Below are positions 21,917 through 31,114 of a stretch of 64,000 nucleotides of DNA, in pieces (position 1 is the first letter of the stretch; the number at the start of each line of letters is the position of its first letter). A program made the translations under genes and the position numbers. Source of the stretch: an uncultured Gemmatimonadales bacterium (GTDB lineage Bacteria > Gemmatimonadota > Gemmatimonadetes > Gemmatimonadales > GWC2-71-9). The stretch spans positions 13,683 to 77,682 of the forward strand of contig CAVSEC010000016.1 in NCBI GenBank assembly GCA_963726955.1, written 5' to 3'. The notes below the pieces were generated by a model. It worked only from the letters and a program-made list of their open reading frames with translations, did no database searches and was not told the DNA's origin.

Positions 21917-22432
21917 ATGGCCCAGCCTCTCTCCCCGGCACCCTCGACCGGTGGCATCGTCTCCCGGGTCGCGACCGCCGCCGCGGTCGTGGCCCTGCTC
22001 GACTTCTCGTATGTCTTTGTCCTCTGGGTGGTGGTTCGGCAGAAGCTCACGACCGCCCAACTGCTGCAGTCGATCGCGAGCGGCCTCCTCGGCAGGGCCG
22101 CCTACCAGGGGGGATGGGCCGCTGCCCTGCTCGGCGGAGCGCTGCACCTGACGATCGCGCTGATCTGGACCCTGCTGTATGTCGGAGCCATCCGGCACCT
22201 GGCGCCGATCGGGCGCCTCGCCGCGGAGCGCGGCGGCCGCGTTGTGCTCGGTCTCGGCTACGGCATCGTCATCTGGTGGTCCATGGATCTCATCGTACTC
22301 CCCCTCAGTCAGGCTCGGCCCGTTCCGTTCCTTTCATGGACCTTTGCCATCAACTCCCTCCAGCATGCCTGCATGGTCGGCCTGCCGATCGCAGTGCTCA
22401 TCGGCACCGGTCGGCCCCGCGGTCCCGGTTGA
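21917..22432 (+). CDS. small 4-5 TM membrane protein, first gene of the LytS/LytTR operon
   Basis: Hydrophobic ORF. Its stop overlaps the kinase start (TGATG at 22430..22434). No family recognised. Confidence 0.55.
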   Translation: MAQPLSPAPSTGGIVSRVATAAAVVALLDFSYVFVLWVVVRQKLTTAQLLQSIASGLLGRAAYQGGWAAALLGGALHLTIALIWTLLYVGAIRHLAPIGRLAAERGGRVVLGLGYGIVIWWSMDLIVLPLSQARPVPFLSWTFAINSLQHACMVGLPIAVLIGTGRPRGPG

Positions 22433-23556
22433 TGCCGGCCCCCTCCGCCACGCCGCGCCGGTTGCCTGCGTGGGTGATCGTCATCGGCGTCTGGGCGCTC
22501 TACGGGCTGGTCGGCGCGGCGCAGCAGCATGTGAGCTACACCCTGTCACGGGGGACGCCGCTCCCCTGGATGACGTCGCTTGCCACGCAGCTGCCGCTCG
22601 CCGGCGCCTGGGCCCTCGCGACGCCGGGCATTCTCTGGCTCGGGCGGCGCTTCCGGTTCGAACGTGACATCTGGCTCCGGAGCGTGGCGGTGCACCTGTT
22701 CGCCTGCCTCCTCCTCGCCTATGTGCTGAACACCGGCTACGCCTACCTCGCGCTGCCGCTCCTGCCTCCCCCCGCGGTTCCGCGACCGGCGGCGGTGCGG
22801 GCCATGCAGCTCTTCGTCGGCTGGGCGCTCTCGGATGCCATGGTCTACTGCGCCATTCTGAGCGTGAGCCTGGTCATCGAGCACCAGAACCGTTTGCGGG
22901 CCCGCGAACTCACTGCCTCACAGCTCGAGACCCAGCTCGCGCGCGCCGAACTGCAGGCGCTGCAGATGCAGCTGCAGCCGCATTTTCTCTTCAACGCGCT
23001 GCATACCGTGGGAGCGCTGGTCCGCACCGGCGACCGCGACGCGGCCATCCGGGTGGTGACCGGGCTCGGCGATCTGCTCCGGCGGGTGCTCGATCGCGCC
23101 ACCGCGCAGGAGGTGACGCTGCGCCAGGAGCTGGAGTTCGCCCGCAGCTATCTCGAGATCGAACAGATCCGCTTTCGGGACCGACTGGTGGTCGAGTTCG
23201 TGGTCGATCCCGGCGCGCTCGATGCCGCGGTGCCCCATCTGCTCCTCCAGCCGCTGGTGGAGAATGCCATCCGGCATGGCGTCGCTCCGAATCCGGGCCC
23301 CTGCCTGATCCGGCTCGAGGCGGCGCGGTCCGGGTCGCAGCTCTGCATCGTCATCCGCGACGACGGCGCTGTTCTCGCTGAACCGGTTCCCGAACCGGGC
23401 ACCACCGGCATCGGGCTCTCCAACACCGCCGCTCGGCTTCGCCGCCTGTACGGCATGCAGGGCCAGCTGGAATTTCTGCCGGTCGGAACTCGTGGACACG
23501 AGGTTCGCCTCGGGATGCCTTTCAAGACGTGGGCCAGCAACGGAGGTAGGACGTGA
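22432..23556 (+). CDS. LytS/YehU-type sensor histidine kinase (His_kinase + HATPase_c)
   Basis: The N-terminal half has multiple TM helices. ELQALQMQLQPHFLFNALHTVGALV is the LytS-family H-box, and LLLQPLVENAIRHG and GIGLSNT are the N and G boxes. Confidence 0.85.
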   Translation: MPAPSATPRRLPAWVIVIGVWALYGLVGAAQQHVSYTLSRGTPLPWMTSLATQLPLAGAWALATPGILWLGRRFRFERDIWLRSVAVHLFACLLLAYVLNTGYAYLALPLLPPPAVPRPAAVRAMQLFVGWALSDAMVYCAILSVSLVIEHQNRLRARELTASQLETQLARAELQALQMQLQPHFLFNALHTVGALVRTGDRDAAIRVVTGLGDLLRRVLDRATAQEVTLRQELEFARSYLEIEQIRFRDRLVVEFVVDPGALDAAVPHLLLQPLVENAIRHGVAPNPGPCLIRLEAARSGSQLCIVIRDDGAVLAEPVPEPGTTGIGLSNTAARLRRLYGMQGQLEFLPVGTRGHEVRLGMPFKTWASNGGRT

Positions 23557-24332
23557 TCGCACCGGTTCGGGTACTGATCGTGGATGACGAACAGGCCGCG
23601 CGAGACGCGCTGCGAGTCCTGATGCTCCCCGACCCCGAGATCGAGATCATCGGCGAGTGTGCCGACGGGCGCAGCGCACTGGCCCGGATCCGGCTCGACC
23701 GGCCGGAGCTGGTCTTTCTGGATATTCAGATGCCTGCGCTGGATGGGATCACCCTGCTCACCGACCTCGCTCCCGAGGAGCTACCGGTGGTGGTCTTCGT
23801 GACGGCGTATGATCGGCACGCACTCCAGGCCTTCGAGCTGCATGCGGTGGAGTACCTGCTGAAGCCGTTCGATGACGAGCGGTTCCACCGCGCCCTCGCG
23901 CACGCCAAGGCGCGGGTACGCGAGGGGCAGGTGGGCGCGCTTGCCGGGCCACTGGTCGATCTGCTCTCGGGGATGCGCCGGGCCTCGACCAACCGGTGGC
24001 GGGAGCGGCTGGTCATCCGGACGGGGGGCCGGGCGGTGGTTGTGCCCGTGGCGGAGGTCGACTGGATCGAGGCCGCGGGCGACTATCTGCGCATCAAGGC
24101 AGGGCACACCTGTCACCTCCACAGGGGGACCATGAAGGACCTGGAGCGGGAGCTTGATCCAGCGGAGTTCGTCCGGATCCACCGGTCGACGCTGGTGCGG
24201 CTGGCACAGGTTCAGGAGATCCAGCCCTATTTCCACGGCGATTCGGTGGTGATCCTGAGGGATGGCACTCGGCTCAAGCTCGCGCGGAGCTGCCGCGAAC
24301 ACCTCGAGACGGCCCTGGGGCGACTTCCATGA
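23553..24332 (+). CDS. LytTR-family response regulator
   Basis: VRVLIVDDEQAARDAL...VFLDIQMP receiver domain. The C-terminal part carries DWIEAAGDYLRIKAGHTCHL...FVRIHRSTLV (LytTR). The GTG start overlaps the kinase stop. Confidence 0.9.
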   Translation: MIAPVRVLIVDDEQAARDALRVLMLPDPEIEIIGECADGRSALARIRLDRPELVFLDIQMPALDGITLLTDLAPEELPVVVFVTAYDRHALQAFELHAVEYLLKPFDDERFHRALAHAKARVREGQVGALAGPLVDLLSGMRRASTNRWRERLVIRTGGRAVVVPVAEVDWIEAAGDYLRIKAGHTCHLHRGTMKDLERELDPAEFVRIHRSTLVRLAQVQEIQPYFHGDSVVILRDGTRLKLARSCREHLETALGRLP

Positions 24333-25540
24333 TCGCGCTGCCCGGGTCCGAGGCTGATCGCCCGGGGATCGAGCGAGTTCCGCGCCTCGCAGCGATCGAT
24401 GTGCTGCGCGGTATCGTCATGATCCTCATGGCGCTGGACCATGTCCGCGACTTCTTCGGACATGTGGCCCTCAATCCTACCGACCCCGCGACGACCAGCG
24501 CTCCGCTGTTCTTCACCCGGTGGATCACCCATCTCTGCGCCCCGACCTTCTTCCTGCTGACCGGCCTCGGAGCGGGGCTCTCGCGAGCGCACCGATCCAC
24601 CGAGCAGCTCTCCCGCCACCTGATCACCCGGGGCTTCTGGCTCCTGTGCCTCGAATGGGTCGTGGTCCGCTGCTTCGGATTCCAGTTCAATGTCGACTAC
24701 CATGTCACGGTACTCACCGTGCTCTGGGCGCTCGGCTGGGCGATGATCGTCCTCGCCGGGCTGGTTCGCTTCAGCCCGCGCACCGTGGCATCCATCGGCG
24801 CGGTCATGATCCTCGTTCACAATCTGTTCGACCCGATTCCCGCGGGAGTGCTAGGCCTGCTCGCACCGGTGTGGACCTGGCTGCACGCGCCGGGACTGCT
24901 GGTCGCAACCCCGGTCTTCACCGTGGCGATCGCCTATCCGTTGATACCCTGGGTCGGCGTGACCATGGTCGGATACGGGCTGTCGATGGTGTATCAATGG
25001 GATGCGGAACGACGGCGGCGCCTGCTCTGGAGAGCGTCTGGCACGCTCCTGCTCGCCTTTGTCTCCCTGCGCGGTGTCAATATCTACGGCGATCCCTCTC
25101 GCTGGAGCGTTCAGGCGTCGGTCGACCGCACCCTGTTCTCCATTCTGAATACCACCAAGTACCCGCCGTCGCTGCTCTTTCTGCTGATGACCCTGGGGCC
25201 GGCGCTTGGACTCCTCGCCGCACTCGACGGTCGTCGTCCGCGCCTCACCAGACCGGCGTGGGTCTTCGGACAGGTACCGCTCTTCTACTTCCTGCTGCAC
25301 CTCCCGGTGATTCACCTGCTTGCCGTGCTGCTCTGCTATGCCCGGCTCGGCGCGGTCCACTGGATGTTCGAATCGCCCGACCTGAGCCACTTTCCATTCA
25401 GCCAGCCGCCCGGGTGGGGCTTCGATCTGCCGGTGGTGTATGGCATCTGGGTGGTGGTCGTCGCGGGGATGTATCCGCTCTGCCGATGGTACGCCGGCGC
25501 CAAAGGTGAACACCCCCGGTCGTGGATGAGCTACCTCTGA
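24329..25540 (+). CDS. DUF1624 / heparan-alpha-glucosaminide N-acetyltransferase-like polytopic membrane protein
   Basis: RLAAIDVLRGIVMILMALDHVRDFF signature with about 10 TM helices. ATGA overlap with the response regulator stop. Confidence 0.8.
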   Translation: MIALPGSEADRPGIERVPRLAAIDVLRGIVMILMALDHVRDFFGHVALNPTDPATTSAPLFFTRWITHLCAPTFFLLTGLGAGLSRAHRSTEQLSRHLITRGFWLLCLEWVVVRCFGFQFNVDYHVTVLTVLWALGWAMIVLAGLVRFSPRTVASIGAVMILVHNLFDPIPAGVLGLLAPVWTWLHAPGLLVATPVFTVAIAYPLIPWVGVTMVGYGLSMVYQWDAERRRRLLWRASGTLLLAFVSLRGVNIYGDPSRWSVQASVDRTLFSILNTTKYPPSLLFLLMTLGPALGLLAALDGRRPRLTRPAWVFGQVPLFYFLLHLPVIHLLAVLLCYARLGAVHWMFESPDLSHFPFSQPPGWGFDLPVVYGIWVVVVAGMYPLCRWYAGAKGEHPRSWMSYL

Positions 25541-25643
25541 CCCGCCAGTGCGGCCTGCTAGCGGCGTGAGTGATCGGGCGGGGGTCGGGCGGGGGCACTG
25601 GTGCTGCGGTGCCCGCCACCCCACTCGTGGAGCTGTCTTGCTG

Positions 25644-26159
25644 TTACTCCGCGAACGCCTTCTGGGTCTCCAGCAGCGTCTTCAGATCGCTGAGGATCCA
25701 GGCGTGCCCGCCGCCTGCTGCGCCGCCTTGTCCACTGACGATCGCCGCCATGATGGGCGCGCCGTCCAGATCGTGGGTCACGGTGAGCATGCAGGTGCCA
25801 TCCGGCTTCGGTTCGATCTCGTAAGTGAGCCGGGTCGTCGGCTCTGCTGCGGCCTCGGCGGGGATCGTGAAGCGAAAGGTCGTGACCAGGCGGTACGGCG
25901 CATTGACCTCGAGGATGTCCCCTTCCGCGATCACATCCGGGCTGGGAACACCGTGCAGTTCGCCGCGCGCCCGGGAGATGGCGGAGGGCCGCGCCCGGTA
26001 CTTCCCGCCGGGGCGAAGATCGTATTCGGCATTGATGTTGTAACCGTAGCGTACCGTCCATTCCGGCCGGGTGATCGCGTCCCAGATCGCCTGGGCGGTG
26101 GCCCTGATGTAGATGCGATAGACCTGCGTCGGGATTGCCTGTGTGGCGGTCGTCGTCAT
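25644..26159 (-). CDS. SRPBCC-superfamily protein (AHSA1/START-like)
   Basis: The MTTTATQ start at 26159 (ATGA overlap with the ArsR stop) was verified. VYRIYIRATAQAIWDAITRPEWTVRY is typical of AHSA1-like proteins paired with ArsR regulators. Confidence 0.75.
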   Translation of the reverse strand: MTTTATQAIPTQVYRIYIRATAQAIWDAITRPEWTVRYGYNINAEYDLRPGGKYRARPSAISRARGELHGVPSPDVIAEGDILEVNAPYRLVTTFRFTIPAEAAAEPTTRLTYEIEPKPDGTCMLTVTHDLDGAPIMAAIVSGQGGAAGGGHAWILSDLKTLLETQKAFAE

Positions 26160-26512
26160 GCGCCCTTCTCCAGTTCTCGCTTGAGCGTGGTGAGCGCCGA
26201 GACCCGGCGCTCGGTGTACTTGTCGATCCAACGGTCGTGTACCAGCCGAATCGGAACCGGATTGAGGAAGTGCAGCTTGTTCCTGCCCGATTTCCGTGTG
26301 ATCACCAGCCCGGCCTCCTCCAGCAGGCGCAGGTGCTTCATGACCCCGAAGCGGGTCATGTCGAGACCGGCCTCCAGTTCGAGCAGGGTGCGGCCGTCGC
26401 GCTGAAAGAGCCGGTCGAGCAGCAGCCGTCTCGTCGGGTCGGCCAAGGCACGGAAGACCAGGTCGTCGTCGATCACGGGACCAAGATAGGTGACCAAATG
26501 GTCACCTGTCAA
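26156..26512 (-). CDS. ArsR/SmtB-family transcriptional regulator
   Basis: FRALADPTRRLLLDRL...RTLLELEAGLDMTRFGVMKHLRLLEEAGLV winged-helix motif. Confidence 0.85.
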   Translation of the reverse strand: MTGDHLVTYLGPVIDDDLVFRALADPTRRLLLDRLFQRDGRTLLELEAGLDMTRFGVMKHLRLLEEAGLVITRKSGRNKLHFLNPVPIRLVHDRWIDKYTERRVSALTTLKRELEKGA

Positions 26513-26627
26513 CGGTGCGCGTTCGCGAAACGATCGTCGCGACGGCTACGGCCATCGGGATACTATTCCCGCACCAGCCTGTCGAACGCCTCGCTACTGC
26601 GGTTCACGGAGAGGAGCCGACCGCCCG

Positions 26628-26963
26628 ATGCACAGCACCCGCGAGCAGGACCTGCCGTTGCGGGGGATGTCCTACAACTTCGTGGGCGCGGACCAGGGCG
26701 ATGTCGCGGTCTCGGTGTACCTGGTGCACGCGCCGCCGGGACGGGGCGCGCCGCCCCACCGTCACCCCTACGACGAGATCGTCTTTGTGCAGGAGGGGCG
26801 CGGCCGCTGGACGGTGAATGGGACGGACGTCGACGGCACGGCGGGAGACATCTTCGTGGTCAAGGCGGGCGAGATCCACAGCTTCGTGAACGTCGGTGAC
26901 GCCACGCTCCGGCTGCTCGACGTGCACACCAACCCGCGGTTCGAGCAGGAAAACCTGGGGTAG
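26628..26963 (+). CDS. cupin-domain protein
   Basis: GGAGAGGAG precedes the ATG at 26628. GAPPHRHPYDEIVFVQEG...GDIFVVKAGEIHSF are the two cupin motifs. Confidence 0.8.
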   Translation: MHSTREQDLPLRGMSYNFVGADQGDVAVSVYLVHAPPGRGAPPHRHPYDEIVFVQEGRGRWTVNGTDVDGTAGDIFVVKAGEIHSFVNVGDATLRLLDVHTNPRFEQENLG

Positions 26964-27005
26964 GGCTCCAGGAGGACCGCTGCCGGGTTTGGGCGAGCCC
27001 GTCCG

Positions 27006-28268
27006 TCAGGCACGCGCACAGCCGGCGGCGCGCTCCAGCAGCAGCTCCCGCTCGCGCAGATTCTGAGTGAGCTCGGCCGCCCGTTCAAAGGCGCTCCGCG
27101 CCCCATCGAACCGGCCGAGCGTGAAGAGAAAATTCCCGCGCACGGCGGGGAGGAGATGGTACTGCGCCAGCGCCGGCTCGCGCTCCAGGGGCTCGAGCGC
27201 CTGCAGCCCCGCCGCCGGCCCGTCCACCATGCTCACCGCCACGGCCCGGTTCAGCGTCACCACCGGCGAGGGCGCGATCACCGTGAGCGCATCGTACAAC
27301 TGGACGATCCGGCGCCAGTCGGTCGCGGCGTTGCTGCGCGCCCGCGCGTGACAGGCGGCGATCGCCGCCTGGAGCGTATAGGGGCCCGCGGCCCCACCCA
27401 GCGCATCCGCCCGCTCCAGGGCGAGGAGCCCCCGTCCGATCAGCACCCGGTCCCAGCGGGAACGATCCTGATCGTACAGCAACACCGGGCGCCCCGAGGC
27501 ATCGGCGCGGGTGCCGGTGCGGGAGGCCTGGATCTCCATCAACGCCTCCAGCCCGTGCACCTCCGCCTGACTCGGCATCAGCGCCGCCAGGATGCGACCG
27601 AGGCGGAGCGCCTCCTCGGCGAGCGCGGGGCGCATCCAGTCGCTGCCCGCCGTCGCGGCATAGCCCTCATTGAAGATCAGATAGATCACGCCTAGCACCG
27701 AGGTGAGCCGCTCCGTGAGTTCGTCGGCGCGCGGGACGGCGATCGGCACTTCGGCGTCACGCAGGGTGCGCTTGGCGCGCACGATGCGCTGGGCGATCGT
27801 CGGTTCGGGGACCAGAAAGGCCCGGGCGATTTCCTCGCTCGTCAGCCCGCCAAGCAGCCGGAGGGTGAGCGCGACACGGGCTTCGGTCGGGAGCAGCGGG
27901 TGGCAGGCGGCGAAGATGAGGCCCAGCAGCTCGTCGCCCACCGGATTGTCGAGCCGGGCGGCGAGGTCCGGCGGCGGCTCCCGCCGGGCCTCGAGCTCGA
28001 TGCTCAGGGCGGGCTGCTTCTGCTGGAACAGCTTCTGGCGGCGGTAGAGATCGATGTAGCGGTGCCGAGCCGCGGCCATGAGCCAGGCCGCCGGGTTGTC
28101 AGGCACCCCGGCCGCCGGCCACTTCTCCAGCGCGGCGACCAGGGCGTCCTGGGCGAGGTCCTCGGCGAGACCCACGTCGCCGGCCATCCGGGCGAGACTG
28201 GCGATCAGCTTCGCCGACTCGATGCGCCAGACGGCCTCGATCGTGTCCCGGACCTCGCCAGTCGCCAT
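27006..28268 (-). CDS. ECF sigma factor with a long C-terminal TPR-like extension (ECF42-type)
   Basis: Region 2 (DLAQDALVAALEKWP...NPAAWLMAAARHRYIDLYRR), region 4 (LGGLTSEEIARAFLVPEPTIAQRIVRAKRTL), plus about 200 aa of helical extension. Located 1 nt downstream of a YCII/DGPF gene. Confidence 0.85.
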   Translation of the reverse strand: MATGEVRDTIEAVWRIESAKLIASLARMAGDVGLAEDLAQDALVAALEKWPAAGVPDNPAAWLMAAARHRYIDLYRRQKLFQQKQPALSIELEARREPPPDLAARLDNPVGDELLGLIFAACHPLLPTEARVALTLRLLGGLTSEEIARAFLVPEPTIAQRIVRAKRTLRDAEVPIAVPRADELTERLTSVLGVIYLIFNEGYAATAGSDWMRPALAEEALRLGRILAALMPSQAEVHGLEALMEIQASRTGTRADASGRPVLLYDQDRSRWDRVLIGRGLLALERADALGGAAGPYTLQAAIAACHARARSNAATDWRRIVQLYDALTVIAPSPVVTLNRAVAVSMVDGPAAGLQALEPLEREPALAQYHLLPAVRGNFLFTLGRFDGARSAFERAAELTQNLRERELLLERAAGCARA

Positions 28269-28269
28269 G

Positions 28270-28665
28270 CTACAGCTTGAAGTCCCTGGCCGCGTCCTGC
28301 ACGTCGGCGGGGAAATCGGACATTTCGAAGACCTGCCGGACCTCGATCATGTCTCCATCCGCCGCGGGGCAGCGTGCGGCCCACTCCACCGCTTCCGCCC
28401 TGGAGCGGACCTGGATGATCCAGTAGCCACCGAGCAGCTCCTTGGCCTCGGTGAATGGGCCGTCGACGATCTTCGGCTTCCCCTTGCCGAACGTGATGCG
28501 CGCACCGATTACCGGCGGATGGAGGCCGTCCAGCGAGAGCAGCACCCCCGCATCACTGAGCGACTGATTGTACTTCATCATCGCGGCCACCAGCTCGGCG
28601 TCGGGCCGGGTGTCCGCGGCTGCCTCGCCGTAGCCCTTGGGGATCATCAGCATCATGAATCGCAT
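28270..28665 (-). CDS. YCII-related (DGPF) domain protein
   Basis: MRFMMLMIPKGY...VDGPFTEAKELLGGYWIIQVRSRAEAVEWAARCP. The ATG at 28665 was verified in the sequence. Confidence 0.85.
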   Translation of the reverse strand: MRFMMLMIPKGYGEAAADTRPDAELVAAMMKYNQSLSDAGVLLSLDGLHPPVIGARITFGKGKPKIVDGPFTEAKELLGGYWIIQVRSRAEAVEWAARCPAADGDMIEVRQVFEMSDFPADVQDAARDFKL

Positions 28666-28826
28666 GGCGTTCTCTCTCACTGGTCGAGTGTCGTCGGTTA
28701 CAGCGCATGCCCGAGTGGTCTGCGGTAACTCTAGCGCTGAAGCCATCTTGAGGGAACAACCGGGAGGCTTCACCCACTACGACGAACCGGGAGGAGAGGA
28801 ATCGACAGGCGGGCTGAGAGCAGGAG

Positions 28827-28850
28827 CTCGGCTGACCGGGGCCAGCCGAG
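28827..28850 (-). terminator. 8-bp stem hairpin (CTCGGCTG-N8-CAGCCGAG) after the lipoprotein gene
   Basis: Perfect inverted repeat 20 nt past the stop at 28871. The downstream tail CTCCTGCTCTC is pyrimidine-rich but is not a U-tract. Confidence 0.35.
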
Positions 28851-28870
28851 GGGCGCGGGATGGGGCGCCG

Positions 28871-29332
28871 CTAGTGCGGCGCGCTCCTCGGCGACGAGGC
28901 CGTCAGCAGCGCCTGCACCTCGGAGGCGAAGATGCTGCCGGTGGCGTCGGGCGAGCCGGCGAGGTCGAGGCGGGTGGGGTAGGAGAGATTCCGATCGAAG
29001 CGGATCGTCGTGAGGATGCCGCCATCGATCCCGGAGATCGCCAGCTCGAAGAGACCGTCCACCGACGGGAAGGCTCCGCCCGCGGTCGAGAGGCTGTCCC
29101 CGGTGAGCGTATCGTGGGCGGCGCGGACGGTGTCCGCCAGTACCAGGACCCGAATGATCCGATCGGAGATGTTGGTATAGAAGCCGGACTGGGAATAGAG
29201 GTACTGGTAATCGTGGATCTGCTGCATCCGCCAGCGGGAGCGTGCGGCTTCCACCTGATAGGTGGTGGGACCGTTCGCGTCCGAGCAGGCGGCTGCCGCG
29301 AACAGGGCCAGTGTGAGCAGTGGGGTTCGCAT
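28871..29332 (-). CDS. small lipoprotein, possibly DUF6174-like
   Basis: MRTPLLTLALFAAAACSD lipobox, with the start at 29332 verified. The family call is weak and rests on size, architecture and the W...Y.Y pattern only. Confidence 0.55.
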   Translation of the reverse strand: MRTPLLTLALFAAAACSDANGPTTYQVEAARSRWRMQQIHDYQYLYSQSGFYTNISDRIIRVLVLADTVRAAHDTLTGDSLSTAGGAFPSVDGLFELAISGIDGGILTTIRFDRNLSYPTRLDLAGSPDATGSIFASEVQALLTASSPRSAPH

Positions 29333-29461
29333 GCTGTGGTGACTCCCATTGGGTTCCAGAGGACACATCCCGGGTGGCGGGTACACTCCTCGCACCTTCC
29401 CTGGAGACCCCCTGAGCGCAAGATTGGTCACAGCGTCCCCCTCCTCCACTCCGGCCCTGCA

Positions 29462-30154
29462 ATGAAATCGATGACGCTCGCGCTCGCCATCCTCGCCGCG
29501 GCCGCCCGGCTCGCGGCTCAATCGGAGTCGCCCGACTGGGCCAATCTGGGGCGGTACCGTGCGGCCAACGCGGCGCTCGGGCCCGCGGCGCCTGACGAGG
29601 TGCGGGTCGTCTTCATGGGCAACTCGATCACCGAGGGGTGGGCGCCGCTGTTCGCGGCACAGTTTCCGGGCAAGCCCTACATCGGCCGGGGGATCAGCGG
29701 TCAGACCACGCCGCAGATGGTGCTGCGGTTTCATCAGGATGTCGTCGCGCTGGCGCCGAGGGTCGTCGTGATCCTTGGCGGCACCAACGACATCGCCGGG
29801 AATACCGGGCCATCCACGCTGGAGATGATCGAGGACAACCTCGCCGCGATGACCGAGATGGCGGAGGCGAACGGCATCCGGGTCGTGCTCTGTTCGGTCC
29901 TGCCGGTATACGACTATCCCTGGCGGCCCGGGCTGATGCCGGCGCCGAAGATTGTCGCGCTCAACACCTGGCTCCGCCGGTACGCAGCAGGCCACGGCGC
30001 GGTGTACGTCGACTTCCATTCGGCAATGGCCGACAACCGGCAGGGCATGCGCCCGGAGTACTCGGAGGACGGTGTCCACCCGAACGCGGCGGGGTATCGA
30101 GTGATGGCGGCGCTGGTGGCGCCGGGAATCGCCAAGGCGGCGGGGGAGGAGTAG
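29462..30154 (+). CDS. SGNH/GDSL-family hydrolase, exported
   Basis: Signal MKSMTLALAILAAAARLAAQ. Block I FMGNSITEGW, block II GISGQTT, block III GGTNDI, block V EDGVHPN. Confidence 0.85.
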   Translation: MKSMTLALAILAAAARLAAQSESPDWANLGRYRAANAALGPAAPDEVRVVFMGNSITEGWAPLFAAQFPGKPYIGRGISGQTTPQMVLRFHQDVVALAPRVVVILGGTNDIAGNTGPSTLEMIEDNLAAMTEMAEANGIRVVLCSVLPVYDYPWRPGLMPAPKIVALNTWLRRYAAGHGAVYVDFHSAMADNRQGMRPEYSEDGVHPNAAGYRVMAALVAPGIAKAAGEE

Positions 30155-30289
30155 GCGGCAGTTTGGACACCAGGATGGCGCCTCGCAGCATTGCGCGCCG
30201 GGGTGGCGTACGCGGGTACGCAAAGGCCGCGGCCGCGTCGCAGCGTAGGGTATGCCCGCTTGCCGGCTTCAGTCCGCCGAGCCGATACT

Positions 30290-30835
30290 ATGGCCATGCT
30301 ACAGCCTCTCCCGGTGCCTCGATACACCCTCGACGACCTGCCGCGCTTCCCGGACGACGGGCAGCGTTACGAGCTGCTCGAGGGGTTCCTGCTCGTGACC
30401 CCCGCGCCCGGTGCGCCGCACCAGCTCATCGCCTCGCGGCTGCAGGTCGCCCTTGCCAACTATCTCGGGCCGCGCGCGTACGTCACGGGGCCCGGGGTCA
30501 TCGAGCGCAAGCCGAAGACCCATCTCGAACCCGACCTGCTGGTCTTTCCCGGTCCGATCAGGAAGGATGTTTCGTGGACCGACCTCTCGGCGCACTGGCT
30601 GGCAGTCGAGGTCTTCAGCCGGTCCTCCCGCATGTATGATCGTGGCTACAAGCGGGACGCCTATCTGGCGCTGGGAGTGCCGGAGGTCTGGCTGGTGGAC
30701 CGGTGGGAGCGGGCGGTGTTCATCTGCCGGCCGGGGGCCGGCGAGAGGCGAGTGACCGGGACGCTGCGTTGGCAGCCGGAGGGTGCGGAGGAGGCGATGG
30801 CGCTGGAGCTGGAGGAGTTGTTTGTGGACCTGTAG
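30290..30835 (+). CDS. Uma2-family (DUF820) restriction-endonuclease-fold protein
   Basis: YELLEGFLLVTPAPGAPHQLI...EPDLLVF...LAVEVFSRSS...KRDAYLALGVPEVWLVD matches the Uma2 PD-(D/E)xK pattern. Confidence 0.8.
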   Translation: MAMLQPLPVPRYTLDDLPRFPDDGQRYELLEGFLLVTPAPGAPHQLIASRLQVALANYLGPRAYVTGPGVIERKPKTHLEPDLLVFPGPIRKDVSWTDLSAHWLAVEVFSRSSRMYDRGYKRDAYLALGVPEVWLVDRWERAVFICRPGAGERRVTGTLRWQPEGAEEAMALELEELFVDL

Positions 30836-31007
30836 GAATCGTGCGCGGCGAGAACCACGCTTCCTCAATCCGGGATCAGTGCTGGAGCCGCGCTACGGTC
30901 GAGACTGGGGCGGGCTGTGACAATCTCGCACAGACTCGCAAGCCTTCGCCGAGTCTGCATCGGGGCAGTGATTCATCGCGGCCCCGACACCCAGCTCCCT
31001 GCGCATG

Positions 31008-31096
31008 CTGTCATCGCGAGGGAGCCCAGCGACCGACGGATCTCTTCTGGCTCGGCTCGGAGCGCGGAGAGATCTCTCCCCTGCTCGGGATGACAA
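31008..31096. repeat. palindromic intergenic element of the GTCATCCCGAG class (REP/MITE-like)
   Basis: The termini GTCATCGCGAG (31010..31020) and CTCGGGATGAC (31084..31094) are near-perfect inverted repeats. There is an internal perfect 14-nt palindrome GGAGAGATCTCTCC (31066..31079). A related copy lies at 33727..33845. Confidence 0.5.
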
Positions 31097-31114
31097 TCAC
31101 GTGAGACACTCGAA

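Noticed and set aside
25587-25617. Imperfect GC hairpin between the convergent DUF1624 and SRPBCC genes as a bidirectional terminator
   Set aside because: The arms pair only with a 2-nt bulge and there is no U/A tract on either side. It is too weak to annotate.
26561-26566. TACTAT as a -10 box for the cupin gene in the ArsR/cupin divergent region
   Set aside because: It is a good hexamer match, but no acceptable -35 lies at 16-18 nt spacing, and promoter consensus for this lineage is uncertain.
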